Shown: in pieces, positions 26,866 to 39,699 of the stretch
Numbering within the stretch: the first letter of the stretch is position 1
How the letters are laid out: each line of letters begins with the position of its first letter
Assembly (NCBI RefSeq): GCF_001194135.2
Contig: NC_068989.1
Span: 52,093,357-52,157,356 of the forward strand
Source: Octopus bimaculoides
Taxonomy: Eukaryota
Length of the DNA: 64,000 nt
Reading direction: 5' to 3'
Made by a program: the position numbers and the translations under genes
The notes under the pieces: model-generated
Told to the model about the DNA's origin: nothing
The model's database searches: none
The model's input: only the letters and a program-made list of their open reading frames with translations

Positions 26866-26939
26866 ATACACACACACACATATATATATACATATATGTA
26901 TACATATATACATAGGTATGTATTTTAAATAAAACTTTC

Positions 26940-27136
26940 CACTAAAGGCACAAGGCCTGAAATCTTGGAGAGGGGATATTTGATTACATAGACCCAGTGT
27001 TTCACTGGTACTTAATTTCTCGAAAGGATGAAGGGCAAAATCAACTTCAGCGGAATTTGAAATCCGAACGTTGCAGCAGATGAAATACCGCTAAGCATTT
27101 CGCTTGGTGTGCTTAGCGATTCTACCAGCTCACCGA
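26940..27136 (-). mobile_element. tRNA-derived SINE, third family (Octopus-type)
   Basis: Minus strand reads ggtgagctggtagaatcgctaagcac...cgaaatgcttagcggtatttc...tttcaaattccgctgaagttgattttgcccttcatcc...aagtaccagt, with A/B-box-like motifs. Confidence 0.8.
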
Positions 27137-28512
27137 ATTTATGTATTTGAAGTACTAATAATTGCTAACATGATGATAAATATCGCTAAGGCCAACGTTA
27201 TAACATAGTTCCTAGTGAGTTCTCTTTTCAACTAAGTTCCGCGTAATACATATTTGTTATAAATTTTGGAAAAATAATTCACCCTTATATATAACGAAGG
27301 AAAGCATTTTATTTTTTATTAAACGTTAATTCCTTAAGTGTTTAATGAAACATTTTAATGTACTCATTTAATATGTTAGTGGATGTAATTTTAGCTTTGG
27401 GTTTGGAGTACTATTCTTCGCAATTCAAATTCGATTCCAAACTTTGTGGTAATTTTCAAAAATGAAATATATGAAATAAATGGTGGTTGAAGATTGAGAT
27501 CGATATATGTTCCCGATAATATTTTATGAATCGGATTATGAAATCATAATTTTCTTTGGTGATTTTCGTTGCCTGTTAACTGCAGGTGATATCTGATCAA
27601 GAAAACCCATGATTGAAAGCATTAGAGCAATAAATATCTGCTTTATATTTTTCATCAGGCACGTTGTGTATAGACCCCCATTACTGAAAGAGTCCATCTA
27701 TTAATGCAGTTGATAAATTGATATAATTTAACTATAGTGACTGTCAAGTTAACGCAGGCCCGATCCATGCCGTCTTTGACTAGTAGTGAGAACCACTACG
27801 TGTCGATATCATTGTGCGTTATAATTCAAATCTTGATAGAGTTGAAGTTTAAAGATGATACAAGCTGCGGATTCTGTCGTCGGCTTTTCATTTTTTATCA
27901 AGCATGTACAGTGCTTCATACGTTAAAAATATGGTGTCCTCTTCTGAAAAATATATGAGTACTATGAACAAAGTTTTCACTTTTTGTTCTAAACTCATAC
28001 GTTCTCTCTTTCTCTCAATCCCTCTACCCTTCTCCCTCAGCAAAATTTGTTATATATTATTTGTAAGGAAATGTTATTTCATTTTAGTTTTATAATAAAC
28101 CAGATACTATATTTATTGAAGCACAATTCAGTATTTGGTAATTTTGCTATTTGATACTTATTTTATTAAGTAAACCAATTTTTATTAACATTTTATACTT
28201 TCTAAATTTATTGACTTCATTTAATATTTATTCCTTAATTGAGATAATAAATTATTTAAATAAACTCATTAAAATGTTAATTTATTCTCAAGGCGAAGGA
28301 AAATCCAAGCAAAAGCTATTAACTGGAAATTCATCAGCCATTTCATAGCCGAGATCATAACAGATTCTATCCCCGCATGAACCAATATCTCGATATAAAT
28401 TGACATATTGCAGGTACTATTACAAAACTGAATTGCATGTTTACATAAAATGTCCCTAGGTAAAATTCAGAAATTGACATGAGTGCTTAAATATTTTTTT
28501 TAAAGATATATA

Positions 28513-28569
<57 letters not shown>

Positions 28570-28966
28570 NNNNNNNNNNNNNNNNNNNNNNNNNNNNNNN
28601 NNNNNNNNNNNNNNNNNNNNNNNNNNNNNNNNNNNNNNNNNNNNNNNNNNNNNNNNNNNNNNNNNNNNNNNNNNNNNNNNNNNNNNNNNNNNNNNNNNNN
28701 NNNNNNNNNNNNNNNNNNNNNNNNNNNNNNNNNNNNNNNNNNNNNNNNNNNNNNNNNNNNNNNNNNNNNNNNNNNNNNNNNNNNNNNNNNNNNNNNNNNN
28801 NNNNNNNNNNNNNNNNNNNNNNNNNNNNNNNNNNNNNNNNNNNNNNNNNNNNNNNNNNNNNNNNNNNNNNNNNNNNNNNNNNNNNNNNNNNNNNNNNNNN
28901 NNNNNNNNNNNNNNNNNNNNNNNNNNNNNNNNNNNNNNNNNNNNNNNNNNNNNNNNNNNNNNNNNN

Positions 28967-29023
<57 letters not shown>

Positions 29024-30799
29024 TTCAAATATGAAATAGAAGTAGCGACAATCACAACCTATCTGGCAATACATAGTGGGTATATTTTGAGTATGTGTGG
29101 TCGATAATATAGGTGTGTGTGTTTAAGCATGTACATGCATATGCAACTGAACTTGCATGGGCTGATTGAACGCCATAAAGTGCAGTATATCATCTTAAGA
29201 AATCATGTAACACACTGAGTGTTTAGCCAATGTTTGATTAAATATGTGTGATGAAATTCTTGTCTAGAATTTGGTATTTAGGCATCAATTGCTGAAAATG
29301 CAAAAATACACTGAAATCAAATGATATAATTGTGTTGACACCGGCAATGACGAAATTTGCCTGCCGATATAATCTGTGTTTCTCTAGCACTCTTTGTTAA
29401 TTCGAGCTCATTTCTCGGGACCAAATATTGCAAGTACATTGATGTGAAAAGTATTCGTTACAAAGACTCCTTCCGTCACTAATAGTTAAGTTATACGCAA
29501 CCTACCAGTATATAGAAATCTCATTGAGCGTTTAGATAATGTTATCCTATATCGGTCTCGCGAAATTTCGTTCAAGCAATCGGGGTATTCCTGAAGATTT
29601 GAAAATATGTTGTAACCATCTAATACAGTCCACGTTGTGTTCGGTGATGATGAAAATCGTCTGCCTATATAGTCTATGCTTTGGGACACTTTTCATCTAT
29701 ACTACAAGATTGCTCGTGAACACATATTGGTTTTTGATGCATTAAACCATGTTAAGTTTCAATTGCAAATTGATATTTGGCGTCTTCTATAGCCTCGTGC
29801 TGACGAAAGCTTTGTAGGTAGATTTCCAATAACACTGAGGTCAATTTTGCTCAGCTCTGCGACAGAAAAACTTTAATTTTACCCCAAAATTGTTCTTCCA
29901 AAAGTAGAAAAAACAATATTATATGTATTAGTATTAGTATTGGTGTTGCTGTTAGAATCTTCGAAGCGTTATATTCTCTCTGTTTGTTGAAAGCTGAAAA
30001 CCCCAAAACGTCGATTTGCATTTTTACAATGATTATGAAAAGTGCATATGAAATAGTGCAGTGAACATAACTGACGTTTACCTAAGCATAAAAAGTTTCA
30101 GGTCTAGTAACTATAGTGTGAAACAATCATTATTATTAAAAGTGTTCAGCCTTATGTCCAAATGGCCATTTATGTATTAGAAGAGAAAATGGAGAAATCA
30201 ACATATAGAAATATTGACGCAATTCCAATTTCCAATAACCTCAATTTTTTATAACGTACCATTTTTTCCATGTTCAGTTAATTCAAATTACAAATAATTG
30301 AATTAGATTAAATTAAATATGCATTCCGGCTATAGTGAATTGAGCATTTCACCAGGGTTAGAAATCGACATGAAAAAGAATCACATCTCAATGGATTGAA
30401 TTATCATTGATAGACTCAACATTAAATTCAAATATGTGTGCGTGTACTTACTAAAGCTTTAAAAAAAAACATTACTTGTGTATATGCAATTTTGTTTTAT
30501 TTTTATTCAATTGTATTTGTGTGCGTATGCGTTTTATTATAATTGAAAACCAAAGATTGCATAAACAATATCTTCGTAACACTTAAATGGAAGTAAAACT
30601 ATTTATTCTTAAATTTTCATTATTACTTATGAGAGTATAAAACGCCAGTATAGCTTTTTAATTACCTAAGAATTATTTTCCTAAGTCACTTAGTCATAAA
30701 TGCTAGTTTTAACAATTAATCACTAGTTTTTTAACTAATATTATTTAAATCATTATTTAAAATGACAGTTCGACATTGACTTCTATCCTTCCATATCTA

Positions 30800-32127
30800 A
30801 GCCTCCCTCTTCCTCCTGAAGGCCCTAGCTTTTGATGGACATTTTACCAGCAGTATTGACCCTGATATCAGAATCCTCACGAATGCCAGAAAGTCAATTC
30901 TAGTCCATAACGATTCCTTCTAAGTGATGTTTAATGTATCTGGGGAGCATATAATCGCCGATTTCGCCGGGTTATACATTTTGTATATCTTTAAGAGACA
31001 TACCCATCCACATAGGTCGGCCCTCCACACGGACGATGGCACAGCTATCTCAAGCCATATGAATGACCACGTCATGGACAGGTTCAGGAAGGACTTGATA
31101 AAAATATTCAAACAGTTTGGCCTGTCAATAACGGTTACTACCAACGTGACTAGGGTCGATTACTCGGATGTCACCTTAGACCTGAACACGGGCAAATACT
31201 GCCCATACAGGAAGTCTAATGAAGAAATGGTATATATCGACAAGAGCTTAAACCGCCCCACCGCCATAATTAGAAACCTTGTTTCAGGCATTAACAAAGT
31301 GCTGTCTAAATTCTCTACCAGCATGGAAATCTAACGATGCTTTGGCTAGAAGCAGATTTTCTGAGAACCTCGCGTATGCGGACGAACCCTTCTACTTACA
31401 CTAAATGAATTAGGAAAAGGAATATAATTTGGTATAACACCCCATTTTACCTAGAATTTTCTTCCTGTAGTTAACAATGAAGTATTCCCCAGAGGCTATA
31501 AATATTACATACCCTTCAACCTCCACAATGCCAAGGTAAACTACTTCTGCTTAAACAACATCGCATCTAACTTCGAAACCATCAACAAACTTAAAAACGC
31601 ACCCTCACAGCCCCCCAACTCCAACTTGCAACTTCCAAAGCCCAAACACCTGCCCTCAAAAAGGCTCATTCCTTTCAAGGGCTGTAGTATAGAGAGCTTC
31701 TCGTAAACCATCCCATGACATGACTAGGAACTATACGGGAATGACAGCCAATGACTTCAAGAGAAGATACACGCAGCACTTGCATTCATCTGGATACAGG
31801 GAGGAGACAACTCTACTTCCCCGTCGCACTTCTGGAAACTTCGTGACCTCCGAGACGAAAAGCCCAGCATCAAGTGGACTATTGTCGACAGGTTGCACCA
31901 CATTCAGCCGGCGCCCCTAATTGACAGCTGTGCCTCCGCGAAAAGCTTCACAAAATCTACCAATCTACAGTATCCATCAACAAGAAATATGTGGTATCGT
32001 ATTGCTGTTACCAGAGATACAAACATCTGGTAAATTTCAAGCCACAAGCCGCCGACAACCTGGGTGTACTTCCTTTGTACCAGCCACACCCAGCACCACA
32101 TGCAACAAGTTCACCGTGACAAATTAG
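30800..32127 (+). mobile_element. 5'-truncated Penelope-like element: RT C-terminal half plus GIY-YIG endonuclease, frameshifted
   Basis: NARKSIL; ALHTDDG (cf. GLYRDDGL); DRFRKDLIKIFKQFGLSIT; VDYSDVTLDLNTGKYCPYRK; NYTGMTANDFKRRYTQH (GIY-YIG); ends CNKFTVTN* at 32127. Confidence 0.9.
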
Positions 32128-32450
32128 CCCTCATGAACAGCACCGCAAATCATCAATCCCCAACAATTTGTCATGTCTGTCTACCCGCATACTTTCCAAC
32201 CTTTGTATATTACCCCTAGTAATAAACATACAGGTGTTTATGCACATGCTTGAGTTCATATATGCTTCAGCTCGCATGTGGATGTGCTTACCGTACGCAG
32301 AGAAGTGTGTGCACTGGGGTGCATGTACGCGCGTGGGCACCCATACACGTATACACCCGTGCGTGAATGTGCACTTGCACATATGTGTGCGCGCAAGCGA
32401 GTGTGCATGTGCTGGTGTGTATATATGCAGGTAGATAAAAGTGTGCACGC

Positions 32451-32488
<38 letters not shown>

Positions 32489-32534
32489 TTGAGTATGCGC
32501 GTGATTGTGCGTGTCCGTGTGTGTGCTCACGCGG

Positions 32535-32920
32535 ACGACTGAATGTAAATCTACGCACACATACACAATCGTATATGTACGGACGTATGCACGGAGATAT
32601 ATGTTCATATGCATGTACACATATATATCCCACATCTACCACCCCTTCCTACATCCGCTAAACCACGACATCGATATCCTGTCCAGCACGCGGTTGAATT
32701 CCTTTTCTACATGCGGTATTTTCCAAGTAACTGTTGTCACTGTAATTACTAACTTCATACTGCAGGGCCGCTTAACCTTTCTCGACCAATCACAACGTAA
32801 CATCTAGTAGTAGAAATTGACTCGCTTAAATCGAATTCTCATTGAGACTCAATGGCGGAAGTGTAACGACATCCTTGAAACTGAGAGTACTAATGAATTT
32901 AAATCAAAGTGTTTTGTTTC

Positions 32921-32998
<78 letters not shown>

Positions 32999-33009
32999 AN
33001 NNNNNNNNN

Positions 33010-33057
<48 letters not shown>

Positions 33058-33841
33058 ATATATGTATATATGTATGTATGTATGTATGTATATGCAGTTA
33101 ACCGAACCCTCTTGATTCATTACTTTTCTTTTTCTCGCCTACAATATAGTGTGTTATTCTCGGAGATTTTAAGGTGGTTATAGAGGCTTTAACGCCTATT
33201 TCCTGCAGTGCGTGGTGAGGTGTAAAGACAATTCCTTGTTATATATATATATATATATATATACCTGTAAATATATATATACATATACATGTATATATGT
33301 ATGTATATGTAATAATGTATGCATGCATGTATGTATGTATGTACATATGTATGTATATATGTATGTATGCATGTAAGCATGCATGCATGTATGTACACAT
33401 ACATATGTATTCTCGTCTAAAATGAACAGCACCGCAAATCACCAATCCTCAACAATTGTTCATGCCTGTCTACCCGCATACTCTCATCTCTTGTACAACT
33501 TTCCATAAAAATCGTCTTTGAAAATAAATGTATTTGCCATTGTGGAGAATCACAACACCTGACGTTGCAATAAAGGATCGCTGTGTGTGAAATATTTAAT
33601 TTGTCTTCTAACAATGCAGAAGCAAATTTTGATTCAAAAGTTTCAATAACCAATTCTTTTTGACAGCCATATTTTTTCTTGATATAAAATATTACTGTAA
33701 ATATTTAACGTTTTAAAATTATTAAAACCACACTTCTATTGGTATTCAAACATTTGGTATAGGAATTTAAAACGTTATTTCCAATAACCAAAATGAACAA
33801 TCATTTTTATTACATGCATATCCAATGGCTTGTGTCGCTGA
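32535..33841 (+). repeat. Left arm of a long inverted repeat (with embedded microsatellites)
   Basis: Blocks 32548-32915 and 33400-33841 align to the reverse complement of 36470-36843 and 35799-36230. Confidence 0.9.
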
Positions 33842-35281
33842 CATTACACTTCCAGATTAAAGGTTTAACCATGCATTTCTGTCTTAGTTTGCATTAGCTA
33901 ATGCAAACAGAGTTTCATAACTATGAATATAATTATTTTACCGATAACCTGTCAAAATTGTGGACTATTCTTTTATATAAAAGTTTGTGAAACTTTGGTT
34001 CTAGGCAAAAAAAAAAAATTCTAACTCATCGACAAGGCCAGTGATTTACATATAAAGATTGCAAACTGAATGTTATAACAAACTTAAATGCTGCTGGAAA
34101 TTTACAATATTGCTGATACTTAGATTCAACCCGCTCTCAACATTGTAAATGTCAATTGTTAAACAAACGACAAGCGAAAATTAACCAACGATAATTTTGT
34201 GCAGCTATTATGAACTACATATTTAAATGTTAAACAGCACAAAATGTTTGAAATTCTAAGGAGAAAAAGGCAAATATTTTTTGGAATACAGTTGCAATTG
34301 CCAGTTTCTAATTCTAACTCAAGCTATGTCCCACTTTTACTTCATAAATACTAATCAAGTACTGATACTTATTGACGATTTGGAGAGTTTGTAGATATAA
34401 TGAATTCTTTAGACATCTCTGCTGCGTACAGGCTTCCGATCGAAAATATCATTATTAATTTCCATTAAGGAACCTTTTAATAAGGAACGACGAACTAAAA
34501 AGGATAAAAGTATAATTCACCCCGGGAGGATGCAATACCAAAATCTGCTCTTCAGAAGATTAACGCGTGGAAAAGAAAATATTACCATAATTTCTGGCAT
34601 GACAACATATGAACTTAACGACACATATTGAAGGGTTAGGCGGTAGAATCCATATTTTATCTGTATTTGACGACAGGTTATGCCTGGAAACTTAATGTTT
34701 TATTTCCCCATTATAGAGTAACATTAATCTGAAGAATCAACGGTGTTTACTTATTTTTTTCTCATGTCATTCTTTGTGAGATTCTAAGATTCCTCTTATT
34801 AACTATACAAGTCATTTTCTTGACACGCATATCTGCATAGTACTTATGGCATTTAAACGAGAGTAATGATGAGTGTAATAAATTTTAAAATAGGTTCCAG
34901 GCCATGAATTGATACCGTCATTTATACGATCTATATAAGATGAGGATTACTTCATACATTCCGGCTCTGTAAAATGAAAGTAATTTTCCAGTACTATTTT
35001 CATTAGGAATATACAATGACATAACGAAAACTTGTATACATATTTTAGACTCTCCGCTCATTTATGCTTCTTTCCACGTTTAATCCTCGACCACTGATGA
35101 TTTTCTGATTTTAAGTGAAAGCTATTTTATGTCCATTTAGATAAATTGTGTAGAGAATTTAATATCTTTTAATAATTATCGTTTACTCATATTTATATGT
35201 TCTTTCATTCAAATTGGTCGTGTATGGGTAAGTAGAATATTAAAAAATAATTCAATCGTGATATTTAATATAATTATTCTT

Positions 35282-35473
35282 TTGTGTCTGGGGAGAGTCA
35301 TTCCCTTTTAGTGCCTTATAATTTAACACACTCACTGGTAAAATTTCCACATTTCTTTAGGTTGCAATGCAACGAAAAGTTTGGTAAAATATAAATAAGG
35401 AATAAGTGAAAATTTTACCGGTGTGTGTCTTAAATTATAAGGCACTAAAAAAGAATGAGTCTCCCCAAATACA
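35282..35473. mobile_element. Palindromic MITE-like element with ~68-bp terminal inverted repeats
   Basis: ttgtgtctgggagagtcattccctttttagtgccttataatttaacacactcactggtaaaatttccac is mirrored by gtgaaaattttaccggtgtgtgtcttaaattataaggcactaaaaaagaatgagtctccccaaatacaa. Confidence 0.9.
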
Positions 35474-35798
35474 AAAACTATAGCCAAATACTAAAACGAA
35501 ATTAATATAGTTTTCAGTTTAATATACGACCATGAAGACAAAGTTAGTTCTAATGCTCAAATATCTATTATTTTCAAAAAGGCTTGGGCGATTGCAAGCC
35601 TTGCTAAGACATCCCTTTACAAGCTAATTTTCAGCTAATTTACAAAGATAACGTGCCTGGTGTAATGATTCCGGCATATTTTCCTTTTTTTTTTTTTTTT
35701 TGACAATGCACCAAAACATTCAGGGAACTTACACGATATTTTTAATAATATGGAGTGAAATCTAACTGCAAACTCTCACGTTCTTACACCAGAATAGA

Positions 35799-36855
35799 TC
35801 AACGGCACAAACCATTGGATAAGCATGTAATAAAAATTATTGTTCATTTTGGTTATTGGAAATAATGTTTTAAATTTCTATACCAAATGTTTGAATACCA
35901 ATGGAAGTGTGCTTTTAATAATTTTAAAACTATGAATGTTTATAGTAATATTATTATATGGAGAAGAAATATGCCAGTGAAGAAGAATTGGTTATTGAAA
36001 CTTTTGAGTCAAAATATGCTTGTGCATTGTTAATTAAATATTTAAGAGACAGCGATCCTTTATCGCATCGTCAGGTGTTGCGGGCATCTACAGCGATAAA
36101 TTATTTATTTTCAAAGATTTTTATGTAAACTTGTCAACTAGGTGTGAGGGTATGTGGGTAGACATGCATAAGAAAGTTACTGGAGATAGGTGATTTGCGG
36201 TGCTGTTCATTTTGGATGAGAATACATATGTATATACACGTACAAACATGCATGGGTACATACATACATACATACATACAGGCAGACAGACAGGCATATA
36301 CATATATATAACTATATATATATTTACATATATATGTATATATGGGAACATGTATATANNNNNNNNNNNNNNNNNNNNNNNNNNNNNNNNNNNNNNNNNN
36401 NNNNNNNNNNNNNNNNNNNNNNNNNNNNNNNNNNNNNNNNNNNNNNNNNNNNNNNNNATATATATGGATCAAAACAGCTTGATTCAAATTCATTGGTACT
36501 CTGAGTTTTAAGTGTGTTCCTAGTCTTACGCCATTGAGTCTCAATGAGAATTCGATTGAAAAGATTGAATTTTTACTATTGCGCGTTATTTTGCGATTGG
36601 TCGAGAAAGGTCAACCGGTGTTGCAGTTTGAAGTTGGTAATGGCAGCAACAACAGTTACTTGGAATAGACAGCATTGTGAACAGGAAATCGACTGCGTAG
36701 TGGACAGGATACCGGTGTCGTGGTTGAGGGGAAGGAGCGATAGTTTCGGGAGTATATATGTATATATGGGAACATGTATATACCCATATATCTGTGTGCA
36801 TACCTCCGTACTTATACGAGTGTGTGTGTGTTTGCGTAGATGTACGGAGCGTCGT
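35799..36855 (-). repeat. Right arm of the long inverted repeat
   Basis: Reverse complement of the left arm, e.g. atgaacagcaccgcaaatcac, ctttctcgaccaatc, tcgaattctcattgagactcaatggcg. Contains the N-gap 36359-36457. Confidence 0.9.
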
Positions 36856-37729
36856 GGCTAAATTGCAGATGCACTATCGGTGAAAAATATTCAAATGATG
36901 AATGAAAGCAAGCATTCATATAATAAGAATCTTGTGGTATGATAACAACAGCTAGCTACATATTTAAAAAATGCTTATATAAGCTCCCTTAAATTGACCT
37001 CAAATTGGTGCAAAGTATTTGGCATCTGTAAAGTATACGCTATACGCCTATACTGACAACGATTCAAATTGTTAACGTAACAAACTTTATTTAATGAGTT
37101 CCTATACTGAATGAAACAAAAACAGACATTACCAAACTAGTTCTTAAATGAGTTGTACATTGAGATGGTGTGCCAAAAATCAGTGAAAGCTTTAGATAAG
37201 TTCCTTAGCTCTCCAACAAATATCTGATGTCTATTAGGTACAAGTCACATAATAAGGGCGTTTCGTCGAAGTAAATTTCAATAGAACATCGTCTATCATG
37301 CAGCATTCTACATTTATGCTGAGAATGCTATATACAATGATACCAAAATACAGTATTTTACTTCCTTGTACATTTCTCTCCAAATGATTTGTACGCATCC
37401 AAACCAAACTGTGTATGTCTAAAAACAGGTATTTTTAGTCACGGTATTGGTAATATTGATTTATTTCCTTTTTAACAGGTAATTCATGTGTATTCCTCTC
37501 CAATTATCATCAGAAAATATTTGGTTATTTCAAGAATTCCGTGTTACAGTAATATATTCAATGATGCATAACTCCATAATGAGGAAGATGTTTATAATTG
37601 TATAAAATGCCAACTACATATCAAGAAATTTGTCGCCTGCTTCTACTGTTGCTAACACAATGACAAATATGAAAGAAGAGGAAAAAGGAGTTATGGTATT
37701 ATCATAAAAACTGGTGCAGGTTGAACAAG

Positions 37730-37850
37730 TGACAGGCCGCACATTGTGAGACAGGAAATCACGAGAAAAAGTCAGTTAAATATTCAGACACATGGCGAAA
37801 AGCAGTGGAAGAGGAAGAGCTACAGGAAACAAGGATTTACTATTGAAAAT
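37730..37850 (+). mobile_element. Possible RTE-type LINE 3' coding remnant
   Basis: HIVRQE...SGRGRA resembles the GH..R...G.R.RGRP C-terminal motif; short and degenerate. Confidence 0.3.
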
Positions 37851-38671
37851 ACGAACACTGTAAGAATACTGTTAGTGAAAGGAATTATAGACAAAACTTA
37901 AGAAAATAACTGATATAGAAATAGCGATTAAGGGAAAGAAAGGAAGTTCCCTTATATAATTGTAGGTGAAACCAGAAATAATACGATGAGATGGATGTTC
38001 GCAACTGAAAAGCAGGAAAAATTGCGAGCTACACATTTGCAAGGGTGTGAGTGTTTATGTGCGTGTATGTAGGTGTACGCATGTGTGTGTGAGTGTGTAT
38101 GTGTAAGTGTGTGTGTGTGTGTGCCTGAGTGCGTGTGTGTGTGTGTGCGTGCGTGCGCATGTGTTAGCATGCAACAAGTATTTGTTGATGTGTTGTATGC
38201 AAATGCAAAAGTGATTGGAAATAATAGTCATAGAACATACATTTTCTTGAGAACTGAATTTCATGATTTGCTATTTCAAAGGCACAAATACACATTTACA
38301 CATGCACACATTAGCAACAACCAACACACACACACACACACATCCACTCACACAAAGACAAACTCATACATGCACATGCATTCAATGTATATATATACAT
38401 ATATATGCATATATGTAAACATACACAAATATATTATACATGCATATAAATATATATATATATATATATATANNNNNNNNNNNNNNNNNNNNNNNNNNNN
38501 NNNNNNNNNNNNNNNNNNNNNNNNNNNNNNNNNNNNNNNNNNNNNNNNNNNNNNNNNNNNNNNNNNNNNNNNNNNNNNNNNNNNNNNNNNNNNNNNNNNN
38601 NNNNNNNNNNNNNNNNNNNNNNNNNNNNNNNNNNNNNNNNNNNNNNNNNNNNNNNNNNNNNNNNNNNNNNN

Positions 38672-38712
<41 letters not shown>

Positions 38713-39047
38713 TCATTCTTTGTGAACTTTTCTAAAGTAGAGAGATATATGGGAATATTTAATTAAGCTTTAACACTTAGCAGAAGAAGGAAACCATTGA
38801 TTACTAATAATACAAAGTTAACTTTCCATTACCCATTTCGATAAATGTAAGTGCATTGAATAAGAAGCCATGTCGTTAGCATTAACAGAATGCATGTGTA
38901 TAACTTTCTTCGGCAAGATTTTCAATTAAGAATCCTAACTACGAAATGGAATATCGGAGTAACTAGCAATTATACGAAGTTTCCATTTTTAATGCCTCTA
39001 TTATTGTGCATTACTTTAAAGGCGTCGTCGCCTTGAATAATAAAAAT

Positions 39048-39200
39048 AACAACAACAACAACAAGAACAGCAACAGCAACAACAACAACAACAACAACAA
39101 TAATAGTAATAATAATAATAATGATGATCATAATAATTAGAGATGAATAGGAGGAAAAGATGAAGAAGAAGAAGAAGAAGAAGAAGAAGACGACGACGAC

Positions 39201-39231
<31 letters not shown>

Positions 39232-39329
39232 AAGAAGAAGAAGAAGAAGAAGAAGAAGAAGACGACGACGACGAAGAAGAAGAAGAAGAAGAAGAAGAAG
39301 AAGAAGAAGAAAAAGAAAAAGAAGAAGAA

Positions 39330-39394
<65 letters not shown>

Positions 39395-39440
39395 AGAAGA
39401 AGAAGAAGAAGAAGAAGAAGAAGAAGAAGAAGAAGAAGAA
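39048..39440. repeat. Compound trinucleotide array (AAC)n-(AAT)n-(GAA)n with GAC/GAG/AAA interruptions
   Basis: Direct inspection; it produces the spurious poly-K and poly-S ORFs. Confidence 0.97.
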
Positions 39441-39699
39441 TGCTTGTGGATTTGAGATGTTTTGAAATTATGATATGAAGACATGCATAATGCTGCTAAG
39501 GTGAATGATTATTGCAGCACATTTCGATTTCTCACCACAGAGGCAGACAGTAGACTTAAAATAGGGGATCAAATGACATTTAATCGTATAATTAATCATT
39601 AATCAGCAATGACAGAGACACGCTAGAATTCTCATTTATCAAACGTAATGGTCATGTTGACGTCAAACTTTCTGCGTATGCAGAAGACTACTGTACAAT

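Noticed and set aside
29480-29790. VVFGDD (plus strand) or NASKT...IDYIGRRF (minus strand) as polymerase motifs
   Set aside because: Isolated motifs on opposite strands, wrong spacing, and no companion motifs.
32845-32870. Palindrome cattgagactcaatg in both inverted-repeat arms as a possible ribozyme
   Set aside because: Both copies read CTCATTGA rather than CTGATGA and lack GAAA.
35090-35135. CTGATGA...GAAA...TC, hammerhead-like
   Set aside because: Neither helix I nor helix II pairs.
39160-39484. 101-aa poly-Lys and 94-aa poly-Ser ORFs
   Set aside because: Translations of the (GAA)n tract; no unique coding sequence.
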